From the human T2T-CHM13v2.0 reference genome, Homo sapiens: DNA of 64,000 nucleotides. The notes beneath the pieces were generated by a model, which was given only the letters and a program-made list of their open reading frames with translations, searched no databases and was not told where the DNA came from. A program made the translations under genes and the position numbers. The stretch is from the NCBI RefSeq assembly GCF_009914755.1, contig NC_060944.1; one strand, given 5' to 3'. Positions 47,391 to 60,390 of this stretch are shown here, piece by piece (position 1 is the stretch's first letter; each line of letters opens with the position of its first letter).

Positions 47391-48078
47391 TGTATTCCTC
47401 TTCTATTACTGCATAACAAATGACCACAGAGTTACTGCAAACCCACTTACTATCTCACAATTCTGTAGGTCAAAGGTCTGGGCACAGTGTGGCTGGATTC
47501 TCTGCTCAGAATCTCACAGGACTAAAGTGAAGCGTCAGCTAGGCTGTGTTCTCATCTGAGGCTCAGGATTCACTTCCAGGTTCAAGTAGTTATTTTCAGA
47601 ATTCAGTTATTCGCAGTTATATGATTCAAATCCGCACTCCCATGCTGGCTGTTGGTTGATCAAGGATAGTTCTCAGCTCCTAGAAGCTGCCTAGTTCCTT
47701 GTCACAAGGCCGTATATATAGGTCCTCTTTACAACATGACAGCCTACCCATTCAAAGCCAGCAGCAGAATCTCTTTTAGCATTCCTCTTTCAGGAAGGAT
47801 CTAGCAGTTCCTTTTAAGGACCCACTTGATTAGGTCACCCCTACCAGGATAATCTCCCTTTTGATTACCTCAAAGTCAACTGGTTTGACTTATTATATCT
47901 GCTAAATTAATTACATCTGCAAAATTCCCCCATTTCAGGTAATGCAACCTAATCAAGGAAGTTAAATTTATCAGATTCACGGTTCTGCCCATGCTTCATG
48001 GGAAGGGGTTATTCAGAGTACATGTACAAGGAGATGAGAGTATTGGGGGCCGTCTTAGATTTCTGCCTAAACACCACA
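47391..48078 (-). mobile_element. MLT1D/E-type LTR
   Basis: TATCTCACAATTCTGTAGGTCA...CAGGATAATCTCCC...TTAATTACATCTGCAAA. Confidence 0.75.
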
Positions 48079-48080
48079 TG

Positions 48081-48127
48081 CACGCACACACACACACACA
48101 CACACACACGCGCACACACACACACAC
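48081..48127 (+). repeat. (CA)n microsatellite, interrupted
   Basis: Directly visible. Confidence 0.95.
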
Positions 48128-48558
48128 TCATAGCACAGACTCCGAATGTTAAAGTTAAATCTAACATGTTTATAGCATTTAGTGAGCTCTCTCATTTAAT
48201 TTTCATGTTACAGGCAAATGGAGAACCTTATCACCATTGTACAAATGTTGAATCTGAGGTCACAAAGCAACACCATGGAGATTAAAAAACAGAACCCATT
48301 TATTCTCCTGGGTCCAAATTTCTGTTCTCTGTAGAACCACCACACTGTCATAGAGATCATCACATCCTATTCTTAAAAACCATGAACACAAAACCACCTG
48401 ACAGTTTACAATGAACAAAGAGCATTTGTCAAAGGCACAATGTCATTTCATTGTCATGGCAACCTATTAGTACAGTTTTTATCATTTCTGCTTCAAATGA
48501 GGAAATGAGTGAGTGAGCCCCTCAGTACAGCACTTAGCACAGTAAAGAACAAATAATA

Positions 48559-48786
48559 CAGCCTGACCAACATGGTGAAACCCCGTCTCTACTTAAAAAA
48601 AAAAAAAAAAAAAATTAGCAGCTCATGGTGGTGGGCGACTGTAATCCTAGCTACTCAGGAGGCTGAGGCAGGAGAATCGCTTGACCCCTGGAAGCGGAGG
48701 TTGCAGTGAGCCAAGATCATGCTATTGCACTCCAGCTTGGGTGACAGAGTGAAACTCGGTCTCAAAATAAAATAAAATAAAATAAA
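48559..48786 (+). mobile_element. 5'-truncated Alu (AluS)
   Basis: Starts mid left arm; expanded middle A-run; (TAAAA)n tail; TSD GAACAAATAATA. Confidence 0.9.
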
Positions 48787-49045
48787 TGAACAAATAATAA
48801 ACTCCCTGCTTTTGGTGCTGTTATAAATTAATTTATGGATACCATCATACAAGGTGCTGTGAGGAAAATGCAAAGAAACATGATCCCTGCACTAGAAGGA
48901 TTTATTTGTTGATAATACCTCAGGATTTGATAAATCCCATGCATTCCCAATATTAATTAGATTTGGTTTAAAGAATGCCAATCAAAAAGGGAGTTCAGCA
49001 GGGTAATAAAATCTAAACAGAACTTTGCTTTTGAAAGTCTAGTCT

Positions 49046-49380
49046 ACGAGTCAGGAAACTATATATTCCACTGGCCAAATCTGGTCTCTCACCCGTTTTT
49101 ATATGGCTCATGAGATAAGAATGGGTTTTATGTTTCTGTGGTTGGAAAAATGTTAAAAGAAAAATATTTGGTGATTCATAAAAATTATATGAAATTCAAA
49201 TTTCAGTGTCCATAAAAAAATTGTACTGGAACACTGACATGCTCATCCACTTAAATATGACCTCTAGTTGCATTTGCGTTATGACAACAGGGTCAAAGAT
49301 TTCTAACAAAGACCATATGACCTGCAACGTCTAAAATGTTTGCTCTCTGGCCCTTTGCAAGGAAAGTTTGCCAGCCTTCA
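49046..49380. mobile_element. MER58B-like (hAT-Charlie)
   Basis: TATATGAAATTCAAATTTCAGTGTCCATAAA...CTGGCCCTTTGCAAGGAAAGTTTGCC; TSD-like GTCTAGTC/GTCTAGCC. Confidence 0.8.
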
Positions 49381-49798
49381 GTCTAGCCCATTTACCCTAG
49401 AGTAGAGAAGAGGGGAGGGATGGGGGTGCAGAGGCAGAGTGGCAGGAACCCAACTCTAGCTTTCGGGGAGGAGAAGCAACAAAGTCTCCTTGGAGCCCTC
49501 AAAGACACAGGGTTTCTGAAGTCCAGGGCCAGGAAGTGGCAGAACCTTAGATGGTTCTGCTGCCTGACTGATTCCAAGCCTTGGTTTCTGCTGCTTTTGG
49601 AACCTTTGCAGACAAAGAGAGCTGCCAAGAATGAAGGCTTCCTTGGGCCCGGCACGCTTGCCCTTGCTGGGTTGGACAGGAGACAATGGCTACAGTGACC
49701 TCTGGGACTGAGGAGTGGGCACCTCCCCCACTCCCCAGGTGTTTAAAAGCCGTAGTGTGATTGTGTGGTTCTGAAGAAGAAGACAAATGGTGCGGGAT

Positions 49799-50280
49799 GT
49801 CACAGTGTGTGTTCTGCAAAAAGTAGAGCCTCGGACAAAAATTTGAGTGCAAGTATTTTATCTGGAGGTGATCCCAGGAAATATAATGAGGGTTTGGGGG
49901 ATGGAAGTAAAACAATAAAGGAATAATTACGGAGAATGTTACCTCTGTGGGCGATGGGCACAATCCCCCTAGATATTCGGCAGGATGGTGTAGCACACAC
50001 CTCAGAATTGTCCCACCAGGGTGGAGACAAGGGGTATTTATCCATCAGCATTCCCTTCTCTTTGGATGGGAGTTTTTCTTGAGGGTAGTGACTCCCTAGT
50101 AGCTAGCTCCAGCCAGCCCCTCATGGGCCAAGCAAGCTCCTGGAGCCAGAGAAGCCCTCAGGGAGAGAGCTGCATGTGCCAGAGGCAGGAAGTCTTAGGC
50201 ATGAATGAGATAGTACTAAAGCTATGGGAGGTTGAGGAGACAAGGGAATATGAGTGGGGCACCAAAAGTGTCTACTGCAG
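49799..50280 (-). mobile_element. LTR33-like ERVL LTR
   Basis: ATTTGAGTGCAAGTATTTTATCTGGAGGTGATCCCAGGAAA. Confidence 0.65.
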
Positions 50281-51663
50281 TGGGCTCCCCTTCAACTTTG
50301 GAGAGTTAGCAGCATTGGGAGAGAACATTCAAAGTAGACTTACTTTGTTTAAAAAAATGATACTTCCAGCTGCTGGAGTGTGCCCGATGTTCATATATGT
50401 GCCTTAACTTTCCTGTTAGATGGCAGACTCCTCAATGTTATGCAAAAAGACACATCCTGAAATTTTCTTAGTGGATTATTTGATAAGGAAAAAATATTAA
50501 GAGTTATTTGCTTCCTCTTTTCTTTTTCTCTGGCTATCCTCCGGTATGGACGTTATTCGCAAGAAATAGAAACAACAAAAGTCCCGAATAATCTAAAATA
50601 AGGTACTCTTGAATTATCAAAATTAACTATCAAAGTCAGTGAGAACTAACCAGCTCTGCATTATTATTTCCCATCTTAGATATTCTAGCCATTAGGACAG
50701 AAAACATGAAAGACACAAATACCGTAATGTGTGCTATATTTTAGTAACAATAAAACCTCTAAAGATATGACTGCATTGTGGGCTTTGTTTAATGATTAAC
50801 AACAAAAAAAAGGATGGTGCATTTCCAGTTGAAACTGAATCCAGCCAGCTTTCCAGATTTCAAAGGCTTTATAATGGAAGAAACAGCCCATAAGTGGGTC
50901 ACAAACAATCTTGTCCATTAATCATCCCAAGTCTAGCAGATATGCATGCCGGGTGCCAAGAAAATCATGAGACTCTGTCTCAAAGACAGTGTGCCTTTCT
51001 AAATTTTCTTCTTAATGTAAAAGTCTAATATTTGGGTTCAGTGATATTTTGCATTTGTATGAGAAAATGGACCCCACTCTAAGAGCAAGGATAAAGCAAC
51101 ACACCCAACTTTCAAGAGGCAAGAAGGATCCTTGGTAATCAGAGTCTCAGGTTTATACATCCAGCAATGACCTCCCTGTTGATGCTCAAATACTCAAAGC
51201 TGCCGTTGGAAATTTAATGGGCATTTCAAACTTAAGTTATTCAAATTAGAATTCCTGGGTTTCTTGCCTGCTCCTTCCCAGCCTCAGGTTAAAACTCTCA
51301 GGATTATCTTCGATTAATGGCTTTCTCTTGTCCCTTTGGTATAATCGATAAGTATTATCAGCTCCTCCTCCAGCATATTTCTGAAATGGAATCACTTCTC
51401 AACACTACTGAGATAACCACCCTGGTTGTAACCAATGTCATCTCTTGCTTTGACCACTCTAACAGCTTCCTGGTTTCATTTGCATCCACTCTTGAGCTCG
51501 TGCAATCCTCTCTGCACGCAGTAGAAGAGTGATCTTCTTAAAGTATAAATCAGACTGATTGTGCAGGTCATCTGCTTAAAATCCCATAATACTTCCCTCT
51601 CCACTAAAAATAAAGGCCAAACTCCTTTCCTAAGCCTATAAACCTTCATGTGATTCTGCCCTT

Positions 51664-52201
51664 TATTCCAGTTATCTATTGTTGCATAACAAACTATCCC
51701 AAAACTGAGTGCTTGAAGCAACAACAATTCATTATTTCTCATGGTGCTCTAGGTTGGCTGACCTCAGCTGGCTAGTTCTTCTGCTCCACTTGGTATTGAC
51801 TGGGGTCGCTTGTATGGCTGTGCTTGGTTGGGAACCCAGCTGGGGCTGAAATGTCCAACATGGTTTTCCTGACACATCTGGTGCCCCAGTTGGGATGTCT
51901 GCCTGGGCTGCTCGCTCCCTCTCCACATATCTCTCCACATTTAGTGGTCAAGTTCAAGTTTCTTTACCTGGACGCTGAATCTCAAGAGAGCAACAAAGGA
52001 AACTGCCAGAATCAATTCTTAAAGCCTAGGCCATGATATTCCATTGGTCTATGCCATTGGTCAAATTAAGTCATAAGGTCAGCCCAGACTCACAGACTCA
52101 AAGGGGAGGGAAGATAGGTCCACCTCTTGATTGGAAGAAGGATATTAATATACAAGAATGGGAGAGATTTTGGGCAGCCATTTTGGAAATAACCTTCCAT
52201 A
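51664..52201 (-). mobile_element. MLT1G/H-type LTR within L2 remnants (~51190-51660)
   Basis: CCAGTTATCTATTGTTGCATAACAAACTATCCCAAAACT... Confidence 0.7.
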
Positions 52202-52759
52202 CCTACCTGCCTCTCCAATCTAGTTTCATATCAATCTACCCCAGTCACACTGTGCATCTTTGTCATTCCAAAAGGTGCTGAGATAGCAAGTACTAGTGTT
52301 CCCCACAATATCCTTCCACCCATCATCTTCCAGAATAGAACTGGATCTCAGCTAGGTTCATGGCTTCCCAGAGTAAATACTACATTTCCTAGGCTCCCTT
52401 GAAGCCAGGTATGAACATATGACCATATGATTCCATTCTGAGCAATGGAACGTCAGGAGAAGTGTCCAGTGGAAGTGTTGGCGAACCTTCCTTAGAATAC
52501 AGCAGTGGCCTCTCCATTAACCTCTTCCTCCTGTGCCCTGTGCTCTTCTATGCTGGTTGGACCTACGGGGACATGGAGAATGAATGTCTTGCCACGCCGA
52601 AGAAGCCTCAGTCTCTGAGCCCACATGATGGCCAACTAGCCCTGGAACAATGATCCCAGGATGTTTCTTTGAAGGAAATAGACTGCTAACGTGTTTAAGC
52701 TACAGTTAGAAGGTGTTTTTCATCTTTCACAGCCACTTAATCCTTACTGCTGGGCATCT

Positions 52760-53226
52760 GCAGTGGAGGGAACAGCAAGAGCAAAGGGCCAGGGGCTGGA
52801 GAGCATCCAGAATGGGAGCAGAGCCAAGGGGCTGAGTGATTGCAGAAGAGGCAAGGGTGGCCAAATCATGTAAAGCCTGGTAGGCCTGGCTTTTCCATCT
52901 GGATGAAATGGGAAACAATTACAGAGTTTCGAGGAAGGCATGACAAAGCCTTACCTACACTGTAGAATCACTCTTGATCCCATGTGCAGAACTGGCCATG
53001 GCAGCACCATGGCAGAAGCAGAGGCTGATTAGGAGGTACTTATCTAGATGACAGAGAGTAGTGGCATAGACCAGGGAGAGGGCAATGAAGATGGTGAGGA
53101 GTGGTCAGATCATGTGTCTAGTTTGAAGGGAGAGATGCCAGGATTTGCTGATAGATTGGATGGGATGTGGGCTATGATGGAATGGGAGGAGTCAGTGTTG
53201 GTCTAGAAAGTTTTGGTTTGAGTAAC
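52760..53226 (-). mobile_element. L2 fragment
   Basis: GGATTTGCTGATAGATTGGATG...TTTTGGTTTGAGTAACT. Confidence 0.65.
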
Positions 53227-53227
53227 T

Positions 53228-53337
53228 CCCAGCTACTTGGGAGGATTGCTTAAGCCCAGCAGTTCAAGGTTACAATGAGCTATGACCACGCAACTGCACT
53301 CCAGCCTGGGTGACAGAGCAAGACCGTGTCTCTAAAA
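53228..53337 (+). mobile_element. Isolated AluJ right-arm fragment
   Basis: 110 nt; no evident TSD and only a 4-A end. Confidence 0.85.
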
Positions 53338-53661
53338 GAGCCCTTTGCTCTTGCTGCTCCTCCAATAGAAATGCCCAGCAGTAAGGATTAAGTGGCTGTG
53401 AAAGATGAAAAACACCTTCTAACTGTAGCTTAAACATGTTAGCATTCTATTTCCTTCGAAGAATCTGGGATCATTGTTCCAGGGCTGGTTGGCCATCCTG
53501 TGGGCTCAGAGACTGAGGCTTCTTCAGCCTGGCAAGACACTCATTCTCCATGTCCCCGTAGGTCCATTATAGTTAGCGGTAGCTAACTTTAATGGAGTAG
53601 TTTGACAAGGAGCAGGGTTTTTTTTGCAAGGGTGAGGCATTAGGAGTTTGGTTTTGAACTT

Positions 53662-54069
53662 TGTATTAGCCAGAATTCTGGAGAAACAGAACCAATAGAA
53701 TGTGGAAAGAGAAAGAGAGAGGTTTATTTTAAGAAACTGGCTCACACAGTTATGGAGGCTGGCAATTTCAAAATCGGCAGGAAAGCAGTAGGCTGGAGAC
53801 CCAGGGAAGAGTTGACTTTACAGCTTGAGTCTGAAGGCAGCCTGGAGAAGATTCCCCACTTTCTCAGAGGACCTCAATCTTTTCTCTTACAGTTTTCAAT
53901 TGATTGGATAAGGCCAACCCATACTACGGAGGGTAATCTACTTTATTCAAAGGCTACTGATTTAAATATTAATCATATCTCATACCTTCACAGCAATATC
54001 GAACCTAGTGTTTGACCAAACCTCTGAGCACCATAACCTACCCAAGCTGACAGATAAAATTAACCATTA
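53662..54069. mobile_element. MLT2-family ERVL LTR
   Basis: TGTATTAGCCAGAATTCTGGAGAAACAGAACCAATAG...CCAAGCTGACAGATAAAATTAACCAT. Confidence 0.8.
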
Positions 54070-54070
54070 A

Positions 54071-54358
54071 GGCTGGGCACAGCAGCTCACACCTGTAATC
54101 CCAGTGCTCTGGGAGGCTGAGGAAGGAGGATCTCTTGAGCCTAGGAGTTTCGAGACCAGTCTGGGTAACACAGTGAGACCCTGTCTGTAAATTATTTTTA
54201 AGGTTGCATTTAACTGGTTGTGGTGGTGTGTGTCTGTAGACCCAGATATTTGTGAGGATTGCCTAAGCCCAGTAGCTCAAGGTTACAATGAGCTATGACC
54301 ATGTGTCTGCACTCCAGCCTGAGTGTCAGAGCAAGACCCTGTCTCTAAAAAGAAAAAA
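54071..54358 (+). mobile_element. AluJ
   Basis: GGAGGATCTCTTGAGCC diagnostic; diverged dimer. Confidence 0.88.
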
Positions 54359-54559
54359 CCCCATTGTGGACATGTTTAGTTATAAACGGCTTTATATAAC
54401 CCAGTATAGATGTTGAGTAGGCATTTGGCAAACATTTGAGATCATGAACATATGCATTTTGTTTAAAGAAACAAAACTGAATGATACAGTCAACTGAGTG
54501 AGTGTAGAGCATATAATCTTCCAGATCCTCCCACTTTTTTTTCTGTATTCTGACTGTCC

Positions 54560-55000
54560 TGTGACCTGGCCAGCTTCATGTTTAATCCCTGAAGCCTTAA
54601 ATTCAAGCTGGGGCCTTCAACATTTCCACGCACTGGTAAACTTGTTTGCATTGTTGCCCAAAACTCTAAAAGGTCAAACATGTTGTTAAACACATAGAAA
54701 CTAGCCCCTGCTCTGAGCCAAATTCCTTAAACTTCCAGATAAACTTCATAACCCAACCCCTTCACTGGAGACATACCTGGGTAAAACATCTCCTGTATCA
54801 CTGTCCCTCACAAGGAAGCTGCAGCACCCTGTCTATATAAATTCATCTAAGAAACTCGTTGGACAATCAACCTGGTGTTTAGCGCTTCTTTGGAATCCCC
54901 ACTGGCCCCATCTCAGAACACTCTGAAGCAGTCCCTAGTGGGAACTCTCCTGCCACCACTTTTGAGGCAACTCTAGCTGCAGATTCAGCCAGATGGAACA
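54560..55000 (+). mobile_element. Solo LTR (LTR47-like)
   Basis: TG...CA ends; TATATAAA at ~54834 followed by a decayed polyA-signal region; family assignment tentative. Confidence 0.45.
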
Positions 55001-55058
55001 GTAGGAAGAGACAAGAAGATGTTTGAGGATTAGCATTTCCATCTTAAGAGTTAGCACA

Positions 55059-55497
<439 letters not shown>

Positions 55498-55579
55498 TCA
55501 ACTGTCAAATTTGGCTAAGTCAAGTACGACCTGAGAATTTATCATTAAATTTGGCATCTTGGAAACCTGAAAAACCTCA

Positions 55580-55962
55580 TGTATCAGTTTAGGTTGAACC
55601 CATGGAGAAGCAAAACCAGTAGAAGATACCTGTTAAGAGATTTACTGCATGGAACTGGCTTATGTGATTATGGGGGAATAAGTGGATAAGTCCAAATTCC
55701 ATAGGCATTAGGAAGGACAGGCTGGGACTCTCAGGCTTCTGTTCACAGGCAGATTGTTTTTTTCTCCAGAGAATCCTCAGCTCTGCTCTTAAGAACTTCA
55801 GCTGATTGGATGAGGTCCACCAGTTTATCTAAAATATCTCCCTTGCTTAAAGTCAATTGATAATAGACTTTAATAACAGCTGCAAAATATCTTCACAGCA
55901 GCACCTAAATTACTGTTTGAATAAAATTTCCTAACCAAGTTGACACATCAAAGACCATCACA
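55580..55962. mobile_element. MLT2-family ERVL LTR
   Basis: TGTATCAG...CCATCACA with 5-bp TSD CCTCA (55575-55579, 55963-55967). Confidence 0.8.
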
Positions 55963-57300
55963 CCTCAACAAGACCAACTTGGGTGGGTCCCAGTTGAAGT
56001 GGGCTCAAGAGAATGGGAAGAAAACATGGAGATAGTGCTTGTAGACAGTCATTTCAAAGAGCCATGCTATGAAAAGAAGCAGAGAAATGAATCGGTGACT
56101 GGAAGGTAATTGGATCATGGTTTAAATGGCTGAGGTAGAATTTAAGAGAAGACCATTAGTAGGGAGGAGCTTGAGGGACTGGAATTGGTGAGATTAGAAA
56201 GCCACAGCTATGGATAGTGAAACCACCAAGAGGAGGAAGAGGAGGAGGAACATTACAGAGAGTGATCTTGAGTCGATAGCTAACATATTCAGAGAATGAG
56301 GCGTCACTCATTGTTGGGATGGGAGTAACAGTACATGGTTGCATGAGAAAGAGTAGTGGAGTTACAGTCCGATAACATCAGATATGAAGCTGAGAGAGAA
56401 GGGGCTGTCTTGGGGGGAAAAATAAGACAGTAGTCTGGGAGAACAACAATGAAGATTAAAGGAGACACACACCCTTCAGACACAGTGGCACTAAAGTTTG
56501 GGAGTTTACAGCTCCCTCTTGAAAGGGCTGCACGGAAAGCAGTGTCCCTTCATAGAATATCCTGATCTGAGTTAGAGCAAGCAAGGGAGGGGTATTTGCA
56601 GAGAAGAAGTTGCAGATTTCAGGAATTTTGCTGATGACTGTTCATGAGTTCCAGAAGATAAGTGGGGTGGGAGATGACATTCTTATGGGGGGTTTCAGAG
56701 CTGTATAAGGAGGAGCTGAGGGCCTGGGCTCATGGAGGTCCCTGACAGGGTAGGGATAAAGGACACAGGAGAATAGTCTGGATAGTTTCCAGATGGTGGT
56801 AGTGACACTGTGGATGCTGAGGAGCAGACAGGGGCAGGGAGAGTCTTGGCAGCAGCACAGTGAGTTCTAGGCCCTATTTTCCCTTTTACTAATGGGGATA
56901 TAAAAGCTGGGAGTAGGGGAGTTGTATCCCAGCACTTAATCTTCCAGGCCTCAGTTTCCTCATGGAAACAGTAATCTAAGAGTTGGGATACAATGGAGAC
57001 ATTGCTCTTTAAAGGAGTCTGGTGTAGACAAAAGTTAGTGTATTTGTTCTCTTTCAGTCTTAAAAAACAAGGGGACATCTTGGACACAAGGAAAAGTGTT
57101 TGCTTTCCCCAGACTTAGAAAGCTATAGAAAAAATTCCTGCACTCTATTTATTGCACATGATAATGAGGAAGTGAAAAGCCCTTTACTGCCCTCCTTCCC
57201 TCGTGGTCTCTATGCCTCATCTGAGCATATGCACCAAGGCTGAGTGTACAGCAGCACTCGAGCTGAGATGACTGATTCCCTCCTCCAGCCTTCCCCCAGG

Positions 57301-57490
57301 CCAGCAGTTCCTAAAGTGTGGTCCTTGGACCTGCAGTATCAGAGTCACCTGGGAACCTATTAGAAATGCAAGTTCTCTTGCTGCACTACAGTCCTATGGA
57401 ATCAGAATCTCTGGGGAAGGAGCCCAACAATGTGCTTCAACAAGCCCTGCAGGCAATTCTGATACTTGTTCAAGGTTAAGAATCACTGCT
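57301..57490. mobile_element. MER5A
   Basis: CAGCAGTTCCTAAAGTGTGGTCC...ATTAGAAATGCAA...AAGAATCACTG. Confidence 0.75.
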
Positions 57491-59083
57491 TTAGACACAA
57501 CACACATTTCGGTCAGACAGAATAGCCTCCAGTTTTCCTGGTTTTTCATACTCTTTTGTATCCCTGGACTTTGATGCTTGAAAATCCTCCCCTGCAGTGG
57601 ATCTGCCTCCCACACACTTCTAGACCAGCTTGGTCAACACCTCCCCTGAGAGGCTCTTCCCAGCCAGGCTGAGGGAGACACGCTCTTCTCTGCATGCAGA
57701 GAAAAATTCCTACCGTCTTCTACTTGAGTATTTATTATATTGTTTCATAACTGTTTACTTGATCTCACTCCTGAAGACATGGATTTTATCCTCCCACATT
57801 TAACATTTGAAATGCCTATTATGTTTTAAGGCACTGGAGAATAAGAACTTTTTTTAAAAAAAGATTGAGATCTTTATTCTAATAAAAAGGACCAGACAAC
57901 TAATAATGTAAATGAATGTGTTTCATTAGTTCTAACTCTGAATGTGTCCTGATCGATGGCATGCCATGGTTTAACTGGCAGCGTGTTTTGCTTTTGTAAT
58001 AGTACATAAAATAATGGTGTGGTTTACAATAATGTGGAACCTTAAATTTGATGAAATGCAAGCTGTTAAGAAAGTGATACGTTATAAGGAGAAAAACAAA
58101 GCCTGGACGAAGGATGGGTGGAGAGAGGGTATCATTTGAAACAGGATGTCCAAGAAAGGCTTCACTGAGAGGGTCCCATTTGAAGACATACCTGAGTAAG
58201 GCAAGTGAGGAGTCCTAGGGATATGGAGGAGAGTAAGGATGTGGGAAGAGCATTCAAGGTAGAAGGAACAATGAGGACAAAGGTCCAAGGGCAAGAAAAA
58301 TGGTGTGTGTCTTGTTGATCTGTTTATAACAGAGCTTAGAACAGTGTCTGATAAATACCCATAAGTGTTTCTGCAACAGACCTCAGCCTTTGGTAACGTA
58401 GGGATACTTTTAGAACATAATGATTACAATGTATTTCCACTTCATGCCCATGCTGGCATTACTGACTCCTGGAAATAACAAAGCAATGTGATAGAGAAGT
58501 GTAAATTCAGGAAATACTGTTTTCCGTCTGTGGTGTTGCAGGCTTTATGACAGGTGTTGGGGATACAGATAAATATGGTCCTTGCCCTCAAGGAGTTCTC
58601 AACTAGCAGGAAGCACAGAAAAATAACCACAATATAAAGCTATAAAGGTACAGTCACAGGTGTATGAAATGTATTATTGTAGCCACATAAGAAGGAGTAA
58701 TATCTGTGTTTATTTATACTCCTGTCAAACCCTATTTCAAATTTCATTCTCTTGGAGGGAAGTAATGAGCAGTCTTTTAGCAGTAATTGGGTTGGACTAT
58801 TTGTCTGTGAGAAGTACATCTACCATATGGTTTCTGATCTTGATATTTTATCAAATCTCCAATTGCCAAGGTACTTTAGATTCCAGGTCACACGTCGGAC
58901 ATTCTTAAGAAATGGGACATAAAACATGGCCTAAAGGTTACATATTCTGCTACTAATGTCATTTTTTAAATAATAATGCATCAAAGCACTTGAATGCTAG
59001 GACAAGATGCCCAGCAAATGCAACTTGCTACTCTGTTCCAACTTGTGACACTTACAAACCTGTAACATGGATTTCCGCCCTCA

Positions 59084-59377
59084 TTTTTTTTGTTCTTTTT
59101 GAGATGGAGTTTCTCACTGTCGTCCAGGCTGGAGTGCAGTGGCATGATCTCTGCTCACTGCAGCCTCTCCCAGATTCAAGCAATTCTCCTGCCTCAGCCT
59201 TCTGAGTAACTGGGATTACAGGCGTCCACCACCATGCCTGGCTAATTTTTTGTATTTTTAGTAGAGACTAGGTTTCACTATGTTGGCCAGGCTGGTCTTG
59301 AACTCCTAACCTCCTGATCTGCCTGCCTTGGCCTTCCAAAGTGCTGGGATTACAGGCATGAGCCACCGCACCTGGCC
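59084..59377 (-). mobile_element. Alu (AluS), antisense
   Basis: T-rich tail, full dimer with small deletions. Confidence 0.93.
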
Positions 59378-59952
59378 TCCTCCATCATCTTTTAAAAGAT
59401 GTGGAAGGTGAGCTGATTCCCAGCTGGCTTTAAGTGCAGCTGAGTCAAGTAATCAAAGTCCTGTGGCCCTGATTTCTCTCTCTTAGTACTGATTTTCTCT
59501 ATGTTACTGGAAACTCTGTTTCCTCATGGTGGAAGCTTAAGTTGTCACCTTCTGGCAGCTCCAGACCTTACATCCTCTTAGCCAAGTCCTGAGAAGAACA
59601 AGAATATCTTTCCCACAAGCTCTGAGAAATGCTTTATCCTTCCTCATAAGGTCAGATATTGATCCCTATACCAGTAATCAGTGCAGATTCAACATCGCCA
59701 GAATTCTATGCAATGAGAGTTGGGGATAGTATTTCCTTTGAGAGAAATAGAGTATGGGTAAAGGAAGTAGTAGTACATACCTGCGGTGGGGCAAGAGCAA
59801 AACAGATGTCTACTAAATCTCCTATCAAAACATGAACTTGATTGGTCATCACACCAGTAATGGAATGGCCCCTGCCTCATAGCTCCTGAATGACTGACAT
59901 ACTCCTGCCTCTTTTGTCCTGTCCTCACTTTTCTCATACACCCAGCTTCATA

Positions 59953-60276
59953 TGCTATGGACTGAATTGTGTCCCCTCAAAATTAATATGTTGAAACCCT
60001 AATCCCCAAAGTGATGAGTACTTGAAGATTGGGTTTTGGGGAGATAATTAGGTTTAGATGATGTCACAAGGGTGGGGCCATGTGAGGACATATACAGAAG
60101 GCAACATGTGGCTTATTCAGCAATCCAGGAAGAGAACCCTCAGCAGAACCTGACCATGCTGGTACCCTGAGCTTGGACTTCCAGCCTCCAGAACAGAACG
60201 ATGAGAAAGAAATCTCTGTTGTTTAAGCCACCCAGTCTATGACATTTTGTTATGGCAACCCAAGCAGACTAGTACA
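59953..60276 (+). mobile_element. MLT1A-type LTR
   Basis: TGCTATGGACTGAATTGTGTCCCC...GCAGACTAGTACA. Confidence 0.8.
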
Positions 60277-60390
60277 CCATAGAAAGGCAAAATTATTTGG
60301 ACATTCTGGTTTACGCACGCTTCTGGAAATTTGCAAGGGAACAGTGAAACTCAATTCTACTTTTTGTTCTAGTTGAAGTAATTGTTGAGA

